Positions 32,084 to 43,400 are shown, numbered from the stretch's first letter. The stretch: 64,000 bases of DNA from Candidatus Marinacidobacterales bacterium (GCA_965226495.1 OZ245365.1:6273480-6337479), one strand, 5' to 3'. Made by a program: numbers and translations. Notes: generated by a model from the letters alone, not told the origin.

Positions 32084-35000
32084 TCAGTCTCTCAATGCCG
32101 CAATCAATTCGGCCGGCAGGCCTTCGGATGAGTCGGCCGGCAGTTCGAAGAGGCTCCATCCCCGGTCGTCCGCTGCGGCCTTCACCGCCTCCGGAATAAC
32201 GCCCGCTCTCGCGGCAACGTAATGGCTATGCCAGGTGAAAGGGAACGAAACATCGGCAAGGGTTAGATGCCTTGCGTCCGGCGCGGGGATGCCATGTTGG
32301 TCGAAGACCTCCGACCAGCCGCCCTCAGTCACAGTGCCTTCCGGCGCAGTCGCGAGCACGACCTTTCCTCGCGCGAGATCAATCAGCAGCTGCTGTACCG
32401 CGACGCTGGCACGGTCGATCAACTCGTGATCGGGCTGGTTGAAATAGGACAGAAGACAACGATAACAGCCCCGCACGCAGGCTTCTTCGCGTTCCTTGAG
32501 AAGGTTCGGGTCGTCTGCGGCGATGGCGGCATCGACCTCGTCGAAATGCATGAGTTCGAGGGCTTGCCTCGCAACCTGGTTCAGTGCATCCGGATCTTCA
32601 ATCAGGCGGCTCAGCACGCCCGCACCGCCCTCGCTTGCCTCATAGGCGAGGACAGCGCGCCGGTTATCCCGGCTGGGTAATGGCTCTCCAAGAATTTCGC
32701 CTTCCTCAAGCTGGAAGACCACCGCGATACCCCGCATCAGGGCATGCTGGAGTGTGGCGATGGTGCTCTGGTCATGGCTATCTTCGAACCGAAACAAGAG
32801 GGCATTTTTCCGGTCCCGAACAATCGGAACGATCCGCACCAGCCTGACCACATCGGGCCGAACCTCCACGTCCTCTGGATCCTCATCCTCAGTCTTGGCC
32901 CAGTATCCCGTGCGGGGATCGATCACGAATCCGAGCACAGTCTTGTTGCGGCGCCGCTTCAAGCCTTTGTTGATCCGACTGATTTCTGCGCTGTTGGCGT
33001 ATTGCAATTTCATCAGAGGCGTATCCCCGACTTGAAATTCAGCCTCAGTGACCTCGACACGCCCGTGCTTTCTCGGCCATGCGAAAACGGTCTGAATCTC
33101 GAAGCCCTGGCGAATCCGTTCCTCGTCATTGGCGGTGATACGCTCGGTCGGAGCCGCTTCGACATTGTCGATCCTGAGCGTGCGTTTGACCGGCATTGCT
33201 CCGGCCATCGGGAACTGGCAGGCGTGACAGCGTTCGACCTCGCCATCGTGAGCCCCACCACAGTTCGGACAGATCACGATGTCCTGCGTCGAAAGCTGCT
33301 GACCATCAGCGGTCCGGACTTCGGGAGGCAGTTTCGCCTTGACGACCCGAAATGCGCGGCCTTCATGATAGATGAGACTGCGAGGGCCGAACTCGGAGAT
33401 AGCAAGAAAGCGGGAGCGCTGCAGGTAGGAACCTGACCTGCCCTCGCCCGGGACGAAGGCGTAGAGCGGCAACCGGGGAAAATTGTAGCCAGGAAGAAAC
33501 CCTTCGGTCGCAAGGTAACGGTACGAGTAGAAGTCCGAGCCGTGGGTTGACTTGCCTCGTTCAAGAAGGGTGACTTGATCCGTGGCCTGCATCTGTGCAG
33601 CCTTGATCTTGCGCCGCTCGGCTCCAGATAGTCCTGGCACTTGAGACTGCTTGTTGGCCTCGATCAGTTGCGTGCGCGCGGAGTGATAGAGGTCACGCCA
33701 TCGGTCGAAGGCGCTGTTGAACTCCGCAGGTGCCTGGGTAGCAACCTCCTTTACATAGTCATCCGGGTCATCTATCCAGATAGGCTTCCGCTCGCCGACT
33801 GATGTGAGGATTTGCTCAAGGACACGGCGCAGCCGGGCGCTGGCCTTGTCCACCAGGGCGGGATCCCGGATGACCCCCCAAATCTCGTCCCTGAGGGGAT
33901 AGCCTGGTTTCTGGAGGTCGAGGATTTCGGGAATGTCCGGCGACAGGGCCAGCCCCGCTGTGGCAAGCCAGACCGCCTGTAGATGAGAAGTGATTAGGTT
34001 CTTGTTGGTGATGTCGAGTGCTGGCGGGCGAACCGCACCGGCCACCATGTCGATGCGCCGCTCGAAAAAATACTGATCATGCGGCGACTGGGCCGCACAG
34101 TAAGTGAAGATCAAGGCCGTCTGTCCTGACCGTCCCGCACGGCCCGCACGCTGCACATAATTGGCGGGCGTAGGCGGCACATTGCGCAGGTAGACCGTAT
34201 TCAACGCCGAGATATCGACCCCCAGTTCCATGGTCGGCGTACAGAACAACGCGGGGAGAAACTGTTTCGATTCCCCGCTGGCCTTGATTTCAGCCTCGCA
34301 CTCCGCGATCCGTGCTCGGTCGTCGGCTTCGAAGCGGAAACGCCATTCCCGCCATTCCCGTTGCTTATGGTTCACCTGGGCCGTATGCTCCCGGCTCTCC
34401 ATGCCGAACAACGAGCTGGTGTTTGCCTCGAGATCGTCGGCAACTCTGGTATAGAGGCCGCGGAAGTAAGGATTGCCGACAGCCGCTGCGCTCGGAGTGG
34501 CTTTACCTGCAATCAGTCGAATGGCTGAGGGTGATAGACGCCACCCTTGAAGTTCGCCTTCACTGGCCGCTCAAAGTCACAAGCCCTTCTCCGGCCAGAA
34601 TGGCAAGGAGATTGGTAAGGAAGGTGATGTAGTCGTCCCCACCAAGCTTGGTACCGATGATGCTCTCATGGTTAATGAGGCGCGCTATGCGCGAACGCGG
34701 ACCCGCGCGAAGGATCATCCGTTCTTCACGCAGACTGGTAACTTTCTTGCCAGGGGCTTTCAGGAAGAGGGTGGTACGCTCCCGCGTTGTTTCCTTGTCA
34801 TCGATGCTCCAGGGAGCTCGCAGGACCGACCGCGATCTCTGGGCAACGGTGTCCAGAACGGCAAGATCGAGAGCCTCGGTATCGACAGCTAAGCCTTCGA
34901 GCATGGCCGTTAGCAAAATCCTGATGACCTTCTTGCGAGCGTCATGATCCAGAGAGTCGAGCTCAGGCAGAATAGCCGCGAGTCTCCCCACGTCCGCGGC

Positions 35001-37253
35001 CACGTCGTCGAGCCCAACGAAATCCACCTCGATCAACTTCAGCACGGAGAGGTTCGGATTAGTGAAACGCCAGCCCCGACGCAAATCAATCCAAACGCGG
35101 TGCGCGAGCACTTTGGCCAACGCCCGCTCAGCGTCGCTGCGGACCACGGCCCCAGCCTCGGGACTCAACATCCAGTGCACCCGCAGCGCCGTGTTCGCAC
35201 CCGTAAAACCCAAGGCCCGCTGAACACGGAAGCCAAATTCGTCATCCCGCAGACCATCCTCACCGGCATCGAGAACAGCTCGCAGGATGGCTCCACGCAG
35301 AAGAGTCACGAACAGAAAATCGTTGAAATGCCCCACTTGAAGCGCCGCGTCCTGGCGGTTGTCGGTGAACCCAAGCAGCTTCCGCTTGTCCTCGGGAACC
35401 GCATTGTTGGGTTGGTTCAACCACTCGAGAGCGCTCGAGACGAGAAGCGTGGTCGCCGAGCTTCGCCCTTCAGCAGTAAGGCCCGCAAGCTTGCTGCGCT
35501 CGCGCATGCGGCTTTGCGGCTCATCGAGACAGCAGGCACAAAAGCCGAATTTGCCGGGGATGAACCAGAAGGGCTCACCGTCGTCGTCGGGATGACCGCT
35601 ACCCGCGACTCTCACCTTCCTCGGCACGCGGGTTTTCCGGTACGGCCGCAGTTTGAGTAGCTCCTTGCGCTCTTCCGTCCAGCCTTCCGGAAAGTTCTCG
35701 AGCGTGCCGTCGAACCGGTAGTCCGGATCCCCGAGACCGGCCGGCGTCAGATACCCGGCAACTTCCGTATCGTCGTCTCTCTCAATTGGAGTGTCTTCGA
35801 TATTGCGCGGCAGGAAGAGGACACCATCTTCCTGTTCCGTTCTCGTCACCACGTAGTACTCCTGACCGCATTGGCGGCAGAAGCGAATGGGATAGAGCCG
35901 GGTTCCAGGAGCATCGGGATCCTCGAGTTGTCCCTCGAGCAGAACGGTTCGCTCCTTCAAACGCAATGTTGCGAAGATGTCACCCGCTCCCGCGATGAAA
36001 CGATGCAGCTTGAAGGCAATAAACGCGTGTTCGCCACTACCACCCCGGTCCTTATCAGGGAGGCTGACGCGAGTCAGGAAGTTCTCCAGCACCTCACCGC
36101 AGCGCTTGGGGTCGATTCCGCTATCCTGGGCAAGCAACTTGGTGGCTTCGACAAAGGTTATTGGCCGTCGCCGCTTGAGAATCTGGTCATCCTCCAGACC
36201 GAGCACCAGTTCCACCCAGACTGCCAGCGGATGAGTGACGAGCTCTGCATCGGTCAGCCGTTCGGGAAGGTCTCTCTCGAGTGCATTCGCAAGCTTCGGG
36301 ACAACGTCTGCGCGCGCCAGACGATCGTCCGTGGCCCGGCGCAGCGACTCGTCGATCACTCCGTCCGGGCCGATCGCGGTTCCAAACAGACGTGAAACCA
36401 CCTTCGAGACTTCCAAGGCCCGGCTGGCACCACTGCCTTCGCTGGACATCGTCGCAGAAGTCCCAATACAGAGTGGAGCCTTGTTAGGCGTGCAGCGATC
36501 GCGTAGCCGACGAACAAGAATGGCAACGTCAGCGCCCTGGCGGCCGCGGTAGGTATGCAACTCGTCCAGGACGATGAACTCAAGCCCCCTCGCGTTCGCC
36601 ATGACTTGGGAATCGACGGGGTCTTGCCGAGTCAGCAAAAGCTCCGCCATCATGAAGTTGGTCAAGAGAATATCCGGCGGATTGTCCGCGACCCGCTGGC
36701 GTTCCTCCTGGTTCTCCTGTCCGGTGTAACGCCGGACCACCGGCCTGAGATTCTCCGAAAGGCCTGACTGGTCGATGAATTTGTTGATTTCCTTGACCTG
36801 GCTGTTAGCGAGTGCGTTCATCGGATACACGATGATCGCCCGTGTCCTCGGCGCATCGCCAGCCTTCCGCGCACAGATGATGGCATCCACGATCGGAACG
36901 AAAAAACAGAGGGATTTGCCCGAGCCGGTCCCCGTGGTCACAACGAAACTCTGTCCCGCCCGCGCTTTGGCGAAGGCCTGTCCCTGGTGCCTGTAAAATG
37001 GAAGCCGCTTCGACCCGAACGGGAAAACCTGGGCCGTTTCCGAGCAAACGTCGCCGGAGTTGACGAGATCGTCGGCGGTTGGCCCCGCTTCGTATCGCGG
37101 ATTCAGGGAAAGAAGAGCGTCCGGCCAGAAACGGCCTTCCTTATACTCGCGTTCAATCGTCTCACGTAGGTCGGGCGCCCTAATTGTGCTGAAAGACTGA
37201 GAAAATCGAGCGTAGCTCTCTACAATGTGACGATCAAAAAGAAAGGCCTTCAT
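32084..37253 (-). CDS. ~1720-aa DEAD/DEAH (YprA-like) helicase with C-terminal DUF1998/MZB, split by one frameshift near 34565
   Basis: TTGTGSGKS, YPMNALANSQ, DELHTY, GTSAT, FTDNRQDAA; after the frameshift EHTAQV, TPTMELGVDI, YVQRAGRAGR, CVRGCYRCLLSY. Confidence 0.9.
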
Positions 37254-37667
37254 CTAGCGCTCTGGATTCGTGTCCGGGAAATGTCTCCGAGGGCATCAAG
37301 TTTTCGCCGGGTGCCGTCCCTGATTCTTAACGGATGGAGCCTACCATGATCAGGTGAATCAGGCGGTCCGATTCCACATCACGCTGACGCCCACGACGGC
37401 CATGCTTGCCAACATAACCGTGTGGTCACGGAATCCGCACGGAGCTCGCGGCCACAAGCCGCATCAATCGGCATCTGAGCGACGCCACTTCCGGGACATC
37501 GCCCCGGTGAGAACTACTTCCGGCTGCTCGTGACACTTCCCTTCAATGGACGGTGGGCTTGTCCACGGCGATAGTGGAAAGGGTCTGTTGGCGGGCGTAC
37601 TTGCAGGCAATCATCATCCGAAACGTCTCGGCACGCAGATCTTGAGTTCGCTTGTGTTTTTGGACAC

Positions 37668-37948
37668 GACGAGCTCAGCATGGTCTTCCAGTTCATCGCG
37701 ACTCCTTCCGCTGAACTGGAATACGTATCCGACCGCGATGCCGGATTCAAGCAGCCGTTGGAAAGCTGCAAACTGCTGACCCGCTGGGCGTTCGAATATT
37801 TTGACCAGACGAGCTCAGCATGGTCTTCCAGTCCATCGCGACTCCTTCCGCTGAACTGGAATACGTATCCGACCGCGATGGCGGATTCAAGCAGCCGTTG
37901 GAAAGCTGCAAACTGCTGACCCGCTGGGCGCTCAAGTATTTTGACCAG
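37668..37948. repeat. Tandem duplication of a 140-bp unit
   Basis: GACGAGCTCAGCATGGTCTTCCAG...TATTTTGACCA at 37668 and 37808, few mismatches. Confidence 0.9.
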
Positions 37949-38065
37949 CCTGGGGCATAGTGGCAATTCTCGTGAATTCAAGCGCTTTCTCTCCGTGACC
38001 CACGTGCTCTTAGTCGTTGCGATCATCATTTGGGAAGGAAGGCTCCGTCTATACTAGAGTGAGCC

Positions 38066-38308
38066 ATGACCCTCCTGCGACGTCTCGCCATCCGCGCTGC
38101 ACGAGAACTAGCACGTCGTCCGGAGGTACGAGCTAAAGCCAAAGAGACATTAACCAACGCCACACGTGTGTTTAACGAGGAGGTCAAACCTCGCTCCAAG
38201 GACGCCTGGCGGGACGCACAGCCAGACATCGAGCACGCCAAGGCCAGACTCAAGCGGTTTACCCAGAAGCTGCGCGACAAGTACCGTAAGGGACGCGACG
38301 GCAAATAG
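38066..38308 (+). CDS. Small basic helical hypothetical protein (80 aa)
   Basis: Clean ORF with a plausible RBS (GAGTGAG); no recognisable motif. Confidence 0.55.
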   Translation: MTLLRRLAIRAARELARRPEVRAKAKETLTNATRVFNEEVKPRSKDAWRDAQPDIEHAKARLKRFTQKLRDKYRKGRDGK

Positions 38309-38363
38309 ACGTTATCCCGCTGGCGCCGCCGGTCTTGAGTTCGTTTGTGTTTTTGGACACGAC

Positions 38364-38487
38364 GGGGTTGACCGGAACGTCGTTTTGGACGATTTGGACT
38401 TCGCCAGCTTACGGCGGGTCTGGGAGCAGGCCTTCGGGGCTGCTCCCCCACGCTCGCTCTCTCGCGTTTTCATGCGCCGCGTTCTTG
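38364..38487 (+). pseudogene. Second, truncated copy of the DUF2924 5' region
   Basis: Near-identical to about 20893-21016. Confidence 0.85.
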
Positions 38488-38731
38488 GGTGCTTCCGCCA
38501 TCAAGTGTTGCTACGCCGCGTTTGAATGCTAGTGTCAGTTGGCCTGCCTGTGTCGGCGAACGCCATAAATAAGGATGTCGGCGCGCATACGAAGATGTCT
38601 CTGAACGTCAAGCACCGCGTGGTAAGCTCAGCCGGCATCGCCGAAAGAACTGCGTCTCTGGAAATCAGGCTCAAACTCTAGCACGCGAGCGGGTTACGCG
38701 GTAGCCACCAACACTTGATTGCGGAAGCACC
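38488..38731. mobile_element. 244-bp MITE with IS1-like TIRs (GGTGCTTCCGC...GCGGAAGCACC)
   Basis: Terminal inverted repeats; homologous copy at 55294-55537. Confidence 0.85.
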
Positions 38732-38866
38732 CAGCAGCTCGCCGTCCTCCCCCGTTCGGCCAGCGTGCAACCGTGTTGCGGGAACGACCAGTGAGACGGG
38801 CCGTGGCAAAAATGCTCACGCCCTCGACTCGAAGGCTCGCTACTTCGTCGAACTCCCTAACGAGCC

Positions 38867-40480
38867 TCAATGGCTGGAAACCGGAAGATGCTCGCCGCAA
38901 TACCCGATCACGATCTTTTGGCGGTCTCCATCCCAGTGGAAATGAACGCGTATCGTCCGCGTCGAGTCATCGTCTACACCGATCTTGAGATGCCGGAACA
39001 TCTCCACCTGCGTCCCGTCATAGTCGAAGGTTCTCTGACGGCGCATAGCTTTGTTCGTCATGACCGTTTCTGATTCCTTAGCTGCGTACTCGCTCTTCCC
39101 AAACACCCGACGTGCCTTGCTGTCACCTCCATCCATCAGCTGGTCGCGGTAGGTCGTTACCAGCCGCATGAGTAAGTCGAGCAAGTCGCGCCCATAGATG
39201 AATCGCGTCATCTTGATCGCGCTGGCCCGGGCACTATCTAAGACCGTACACCTATCGCCATAGAATTGTTCGATGATCTCGATGCAATCCAATGGGCTCG
39301 GTTCCTCCTTGCGCACAATCCATTCCAGAAGCGGCTCTGGATTGAAGGCGCCGACGTCGGCGGGGGAAAACCCATCTTTCAGAGATTTGAGCTCGAACTT
39401 CTTCGTCCGCAGCTCCTTCTGCGTCTCCTCGAGATCCTCCTTGTAGCGTGAGAGCTCAGTTTCGAGGTTTGCGTTTTCATCGACGATCTCGTTGAAGTAG
39501 CGCTCCTGCTCGTCCGCGCGGTTCGACGCTTCATCCAGCGCCTGACGTAGCTGCTCCGCGTTCATCTTGGCGCTGGTCGCGTGCACCTTCTCCATGCGCC
39601 GCCGCATCGAAAGCTGTATAACGCCTTCTGGCCGCACATGCAGCCGCAGCCTCGGAATGTTGGTGCTCGCGGTGACCCAAGCCAGTACCCGCGAAATGCG
39701 CTGCTGCTCTTCGCCCCAAGCTCGGACTTCGTCGCGGAGGAAGTACCGCGACCGCACGCCCGACATCGACGGGATGGCCAGCACGTTGACGGCTCCGTCC
39801 CATGCGGACCATGACTGGCCTAGGACCTCTGCCATCTCATAACTGTTTGATCCCGGTAGGACCCGTACAACGTGCGCCAGGCCCACGAGCGTCTTCTGAA
39901 GTTTGGTTGGGTTGACGAGGTACTCCTCGTCACGCATGGCGCTGACTAGCACGATGGCATTGTCCCGGTCACGCCGCTCGACCTCGGCGACAAAGGCCCG
40001 GTACGAATCCAGGTCCTGGCCGACTGTCCTTAAGATCTCGCCGGGCCAGGCGTCTGCGAAGTCCGCACCCTTAGCGGAAAGAACGTTCTTGGTGATGAAT
40101 TGGATAACACGAGGCTGCGACGCACTGACAGGGCTTGATACGAGTGTGCTACGTTCATCCGTCTTCACGACGCAAGAGACTTCCAACGTCCCTGCGAACT
40201 TCTTGACCCCAACCTCCACAATCCATTGCCGTCCGCGGATGTTGTCGTCGCCGTGCTTCAGCACCCATGCGCACAGGGCCGGCTCACCGTCATAGCAACT
40301 GTGGATCCGCAGCCGCGCCTGGTTCTCACCACGATGGCCGTAGTGCTCTCCACCCTGCTTCAATTGATCCGGACGAAGGCCGAACCCGAGTTGCTGCTTG
40401 AGCCAACCGCCGATGGCCTTGAATACGGCCCACTCGGCATCGACCCCCTGGACACGCAGATGGTTCGCATAAACCAGCAT
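38867..40480 (-). CDS. 537-aa hypothetical protein with central coiled coil and RelE/ParE-like C-terminus; putative defence effector
   Basis: Heptad-rich segment ENANLETELSRYKEDLEETQKELR; C-terminal RHLKIG...IRVHFHWD...IVIGYCGEHL. Confidence 0.6.
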   Translation of the reverse strand: MLVYANHLRVQGVDAEWAVFKAIGGWLKQQLGFGLRPDQLKQGGEHYGHRGENQARLRIHSCYDGEPALCAWVLKHGDDNIRGRQWIVEVGVKKFAGTLEVSCVVKTDERSTLVSSPVSASQPRVIQFITKNVLSAKGADFADAWPGEILRTVGQDLDSYRAFVAEVERRDRDNAIVLVSAMRDEEYLVNPTKLQKTLVGLAHVVRVLPGSNSYEMAEVLGQSWSAWDGAVNVLAIPSMSGVRSRYFLRDEVRAWGEEQQRISRVLAWVTASTNIPRLRLHVRPEGVIQLSMRRRMEKVHATSAKMNAEQLRQALDEASNRADEQERYFNEIVDENANLETELSRYKEDLEETQKELRTKKFELKSLKDGFSPADVGAFNPEPLLEWIVRKEEPSPLDCIEIIEQFYGDRCTVLDSARASAIKMTRFIYGRDLLDLLMRLVTTYRDQLMDGGDSKARRVFGKSEYAAKESETVMTNKAMRRQRTFDYDGTQVEMFRHLKIGVDDDSTRTIRVHFHWDGDRQKIVIGYCGEHLPVSSH

Positions 40481-40483
40481 CGA

Positions 40484-40683
40484 TCAGTACTCCTTTGAGT
40501 GACCGTTAACCGAAGTTCGCTGCGCTAACTGTTTGAACCGCTCCAGGTTTTCCGGAGACTGTTTTAGTTGAGTCTCGCCGTCTCTAGCGAGCCTTCCTGC
40601 GACCGATAGTAGTTCATCTCGTCCTCGACCGGGGAGACATTTCCAATCGGCTCCAAGAGTCGTTGCGTGTTGTGCCAATGCAC
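40484..40683 (-). pseudogene. 3' remnant of the gene upstream of the 537-aa protein, truncated by IS3
   Basis: ORF stop lies 3 bp from the next start; the 5' part is replaced by IS3 sequence. Confidence 0.4.
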
Positions 40684-40971
40684 TCACTCTAGGGTGGCGA
40701 ACTCGACGTCCTCGAGACCACGCCAGGGCCCGCGTCGACGGGTCACCTCGGTCTTGTAGAGGCCGATGATGGATTCAGCCAAAGCGTTATCGTAGGAGTC
40801 GCCTCGGCTTCCGACAGAGGGCTTGATGCCGAACTCGGCGAGCCGCTCGGTGTAACGGATCGAGAAGTACTGCACGCCCCGATCACTGTGATGCACCAAC
40901 GGATCCTCGAGGTCGAGTCGACGCTCATGCAGCGCTTGCTCCAATGCATCGAGGACGATGTCAACGCTCAA
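40684..40971 (-). mobile_element. IS3-family transposase fragment
   Basis: HHSDRGVQY...GSRGDSYDNALAESIIGLYKTE. Confidence 0.9.
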
Positions 40972-41223
40972 CGATGTCGCCTGTCCCTTCCCGTCGTGTC
41001 CAAAAATACAAACGAACTCTAAGACCCGCGCGCCGGTCCGGCGCCGAGTTCATCTATCATTATCGTGGAGAGCGCAACCATCAAGGGCTTGGCAACGACT
41101 TTGTGTTTTTGGACACGACGCGCTCCAGACTTCACCCCGCGCTTGGTCCGAACCGCACCCCGGTCTAACATGCCTGGGTTGCCAGCCGTGCGTCTACGCA
41201 TGGCATAAAGGAGGTTCTCTTCG

Positions 41224-41742
41224 ATGCACAGCCAAGTGACTCGTTTTGTTGTTCTTGTCGCGATCGCTGCCGTTGCGGTGAGCGTTGTGGCGTGGGCTCA
41301 GTCTCCCCGCGGCGCATCCAAAGCGACCATAGGCGGAAGCGAGGTTTCCGTGGACTACGGCCGGCCGAGTCTCCGGGGACGCGACATGCTCGGCCAAGCC
41401 CCCGTGGGTACCGTTTGGCGCACAGGGGCGGATCAATCCACCACGTTCACGACCGGGGCCGACATCACCGTTTCCGGCACTGCGATCGCGAAGGGCGCGT
41501 ACAGCTTGTTCACGAAACGAGTGAGCGAAGACACGTGGCACCTAGTGTTCAACTCCCAGACCGGGCAGTGGGGCACGTCCCACGACGCCAGCCGCGACGT
41601 GGGCGAAGCCCAGCTTACGTGGAAGAAGGACGGAGACGCGACGGAACAGCTCACGATCGAGCTGTCCGGCTCCGGCAACAGCGGCGAGATCAAGCTGATG
41701 TGGGGGACCAACGTCCTGATCGCTCTGATCGAGTCCAACTAG
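41224..41742 (+). CDS. DUF2911 domain secreted protein
   Basis: Signal peptide; SPR...VDYGRPSLRGR...VWRTGAD..T...GAYSLF...WG; RBS AAGGAGG. Confidence 0.88.
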   Translation: MHSQVTRFVVLVAIAAVAVSVVAWAQSPRGASKATIGGSEVSVDYGRPSLRGRDMLGQAPVGTVWRTGADQSTTFTTGADITVSGTAIAKGAYSLFTKRVSEDTWHLVFNSQTGQWGTSHDASRDVGEAQLTWKKDGDATEQLTIELSGSGNSGEIKLMWGTNVLIALIESN

Positions 41743-41949
41743 CCGCGTTCTCGACTGGAATCCGGAGACGGCGCACTCCGTTTCACTCGCGAAGAGTGGT
41801 CGTGACGGGATCCGTGCGGGTGACTCTTGTCGCGGGAACCCAACACGCGACGTACGCGACGGCGCGGAAGGAGAGCGAATCAAAGCGAGAAACACCGCGC
41901 AGGATACTCTGAAGAAGCTGGGTAACCTGTGCTCCGCAAAAAGTCGACC

Positions 41950-42208
41950 CCGTCCTGTGCCAAAACTCGGCCCTCTTGAAATAGCCCATAAATCAACAGC
42001 TTAGAGTTTGTGTTTGTGACCGTGCCAAGGGCCGAGCGCGAGTTCTGGGTACTGTTGCGGGTGCTTCCGCCATTAAAGTGTTGGTGAGATAACGCTAACA
42101 CTTTACGCTGCGTTAAATTACAGCCAAAATAGCGCTCGCGACCTTCGTGCACCTGCTTGTTGCAGCCTAGGCGGGTCTTGAGTTCGTTTGTGTTTTTGGA
42201 CACGACGG
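41950..42208. mobile_element. MITE-like element bounded by integrase-core IS ends, containing an IS1-like end
   Basis: CCGTCCTGTGCCAAAA ... TTTTTGGACACGACGG; GGTGCTTCCGCC at 42060. Confidence 0.7.
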
Positions 42209-42273
42209 GGTGGGGCGAGCCGCCAACTACGCGGCGAAGCTGACGACGTTGCCAGCGAGTTATTCGACGCGGC

Positions 42274-42810
42274 TCACGACAGCGGTACGGCATGTTCGAG
42301 AATCAGCCGGTCGATCACGGACACCGCCGCGTCCAATCGCTCGCCGTGTGAGCCACGGATCTTGGTAAACGTCAGGCGGCGCTCGACGAGAGCGCCACGG
42401 AAGAGCTCGTGCAACTCTTCACGCCGGTCGCCGCGATCGCGCTGATCCCCATCGGGGACCCAAGGGATGTCGATGTCGGCTAGGAGGTAGAGGTCTGCGG
42501 CTCGTTTCTCCAAAGCCGCCTCGATCCACCGGGGGCAATCGCCGTAGTAGTGGCGACTATAGAGGACCGTGCTGAATAGGTCGGTATCCTCAATAAGAAG
42601 ACGGGACGCCTCGTCGGCTTTCTCGTCCTCGAGGACGATTTGGCCGCGGGCGATGGCCTCGACATCTTCGTAGTCGGGAGCGGCACCCTTGTCGATCACG
42701 AATTGGCGTGCAAACTCCGGCACCCAGGCGGTCTGGTAGTGCGCCGCAAGCGCCGCCGCGAGTGTTGTCTTGCCACTACATTCGGAGCCGACCACCGCGA
42801 CGCGGATCAC
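42274..42810 (-). CDS. NadR-like ribosylnicotinamide kinase / AAA_28 ATPase
   Basis: VVGSECSGKTTL, VPEFAR, IARGQ, DTD, DIPWVPDG.RD; GTG overlaps the pnuC stop. Confidence 0.88.
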   Translation of the reverse strand: MIRVAVVGSECSGKTTLAAALAAHYQTAWVPEFARQFVIDKGAAPDYEDVEAIARGQIVLEDEKADEASRLLIEDTDLFSTVLYSRHYYGDCPRWIEAALEKRAADLYLLADIDIPWVPDGDQRDRGDRREELHELFRGALVERRLTFTKIRGSHGERLDAAVSVIDRLILEHAVPLS

Positions 42811-43394
42811 GAGGTCAACTCCGGCGCGGCCGATTCGCCACCCAAGAGCGACCGTCGCCACTCGGCGAAACCCATGGCGGCGAGCACAAGAAAGACCGCG
42901 TAAAGTCCCGCCGTGAGGTAGAGCTCCTTGTACAAGAACATGCCGACGTAGAAGACATCGACGGCGAGCCACGCGAGCCAGGATTCGAGGAGCTTCTGGG
43001 TCTGCATCCACTGGGCGGCGATGCTGAACGAGGTGAGCGTCGAGTCCATGAATGGCAGCGACGCGTTGGTGAAGCGGGTCAGCGTATGGCCGAGCAGAAT
43101 CCCGCCGAGCGTTGCGACCAACAGGAGCACCACGCGGGTCGTGCCCGACGTCAGCGAAACCGCGAGCTCGCCGTGATCATCACCGCCGTGCAACCAGGCC
43201 CACCAGCCGTAGGCCGCGAGCCCGAGATACAAACCCTGGAGCCCCATATCGGCGTACAGCCGCGCGTCGTAGAAAACGACTGCGTACAGTGTGACGCTGA
43301 CCATGGCGAGCGGCCAGCACCAGATGATCTGGCGCACCGTCAGGTAGACCGCTAGCAGCGTGAGGACGACAGCGACTAACTCGAGAGACAACAC
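42807..43394 (-). CDS. pnuC: PnuC-family vitamin transporter
   Basis: IWCWP, LYADMGLQ, YGWWAW, DS..T..S..AQWM...K.LE.W..W. Confidence 0.92.
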   Translation of the reverse strand: MLSLELVAVVLTLLAVYLTVRQIIWCWPLAMVSVTLYAVVFYDARLYADMGLQGLYLGLAAYGWWAWLHGGDDHGELAVSLTSGTTRVVLLLVATLGGILLGHTLTRFTNASLPFMDSTLTSFSIAAQWMQTQKLLESWLAWLAVDVFYVGMFLYKELYLTAGLYAVFLVLAAMGFAEWRRSLLGGESAAPELTS

Positions 43395-43400
43395 GACGAC

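Noticed and set aside
32084-37253. Helicase as Cas3 or DinG of a CRISPR-Cas system
   Set aside because: No HD domain and no recognisable Cas5/7/8/6/1/2 nearby; motifs fit a YprA/DUF1998 helicase.
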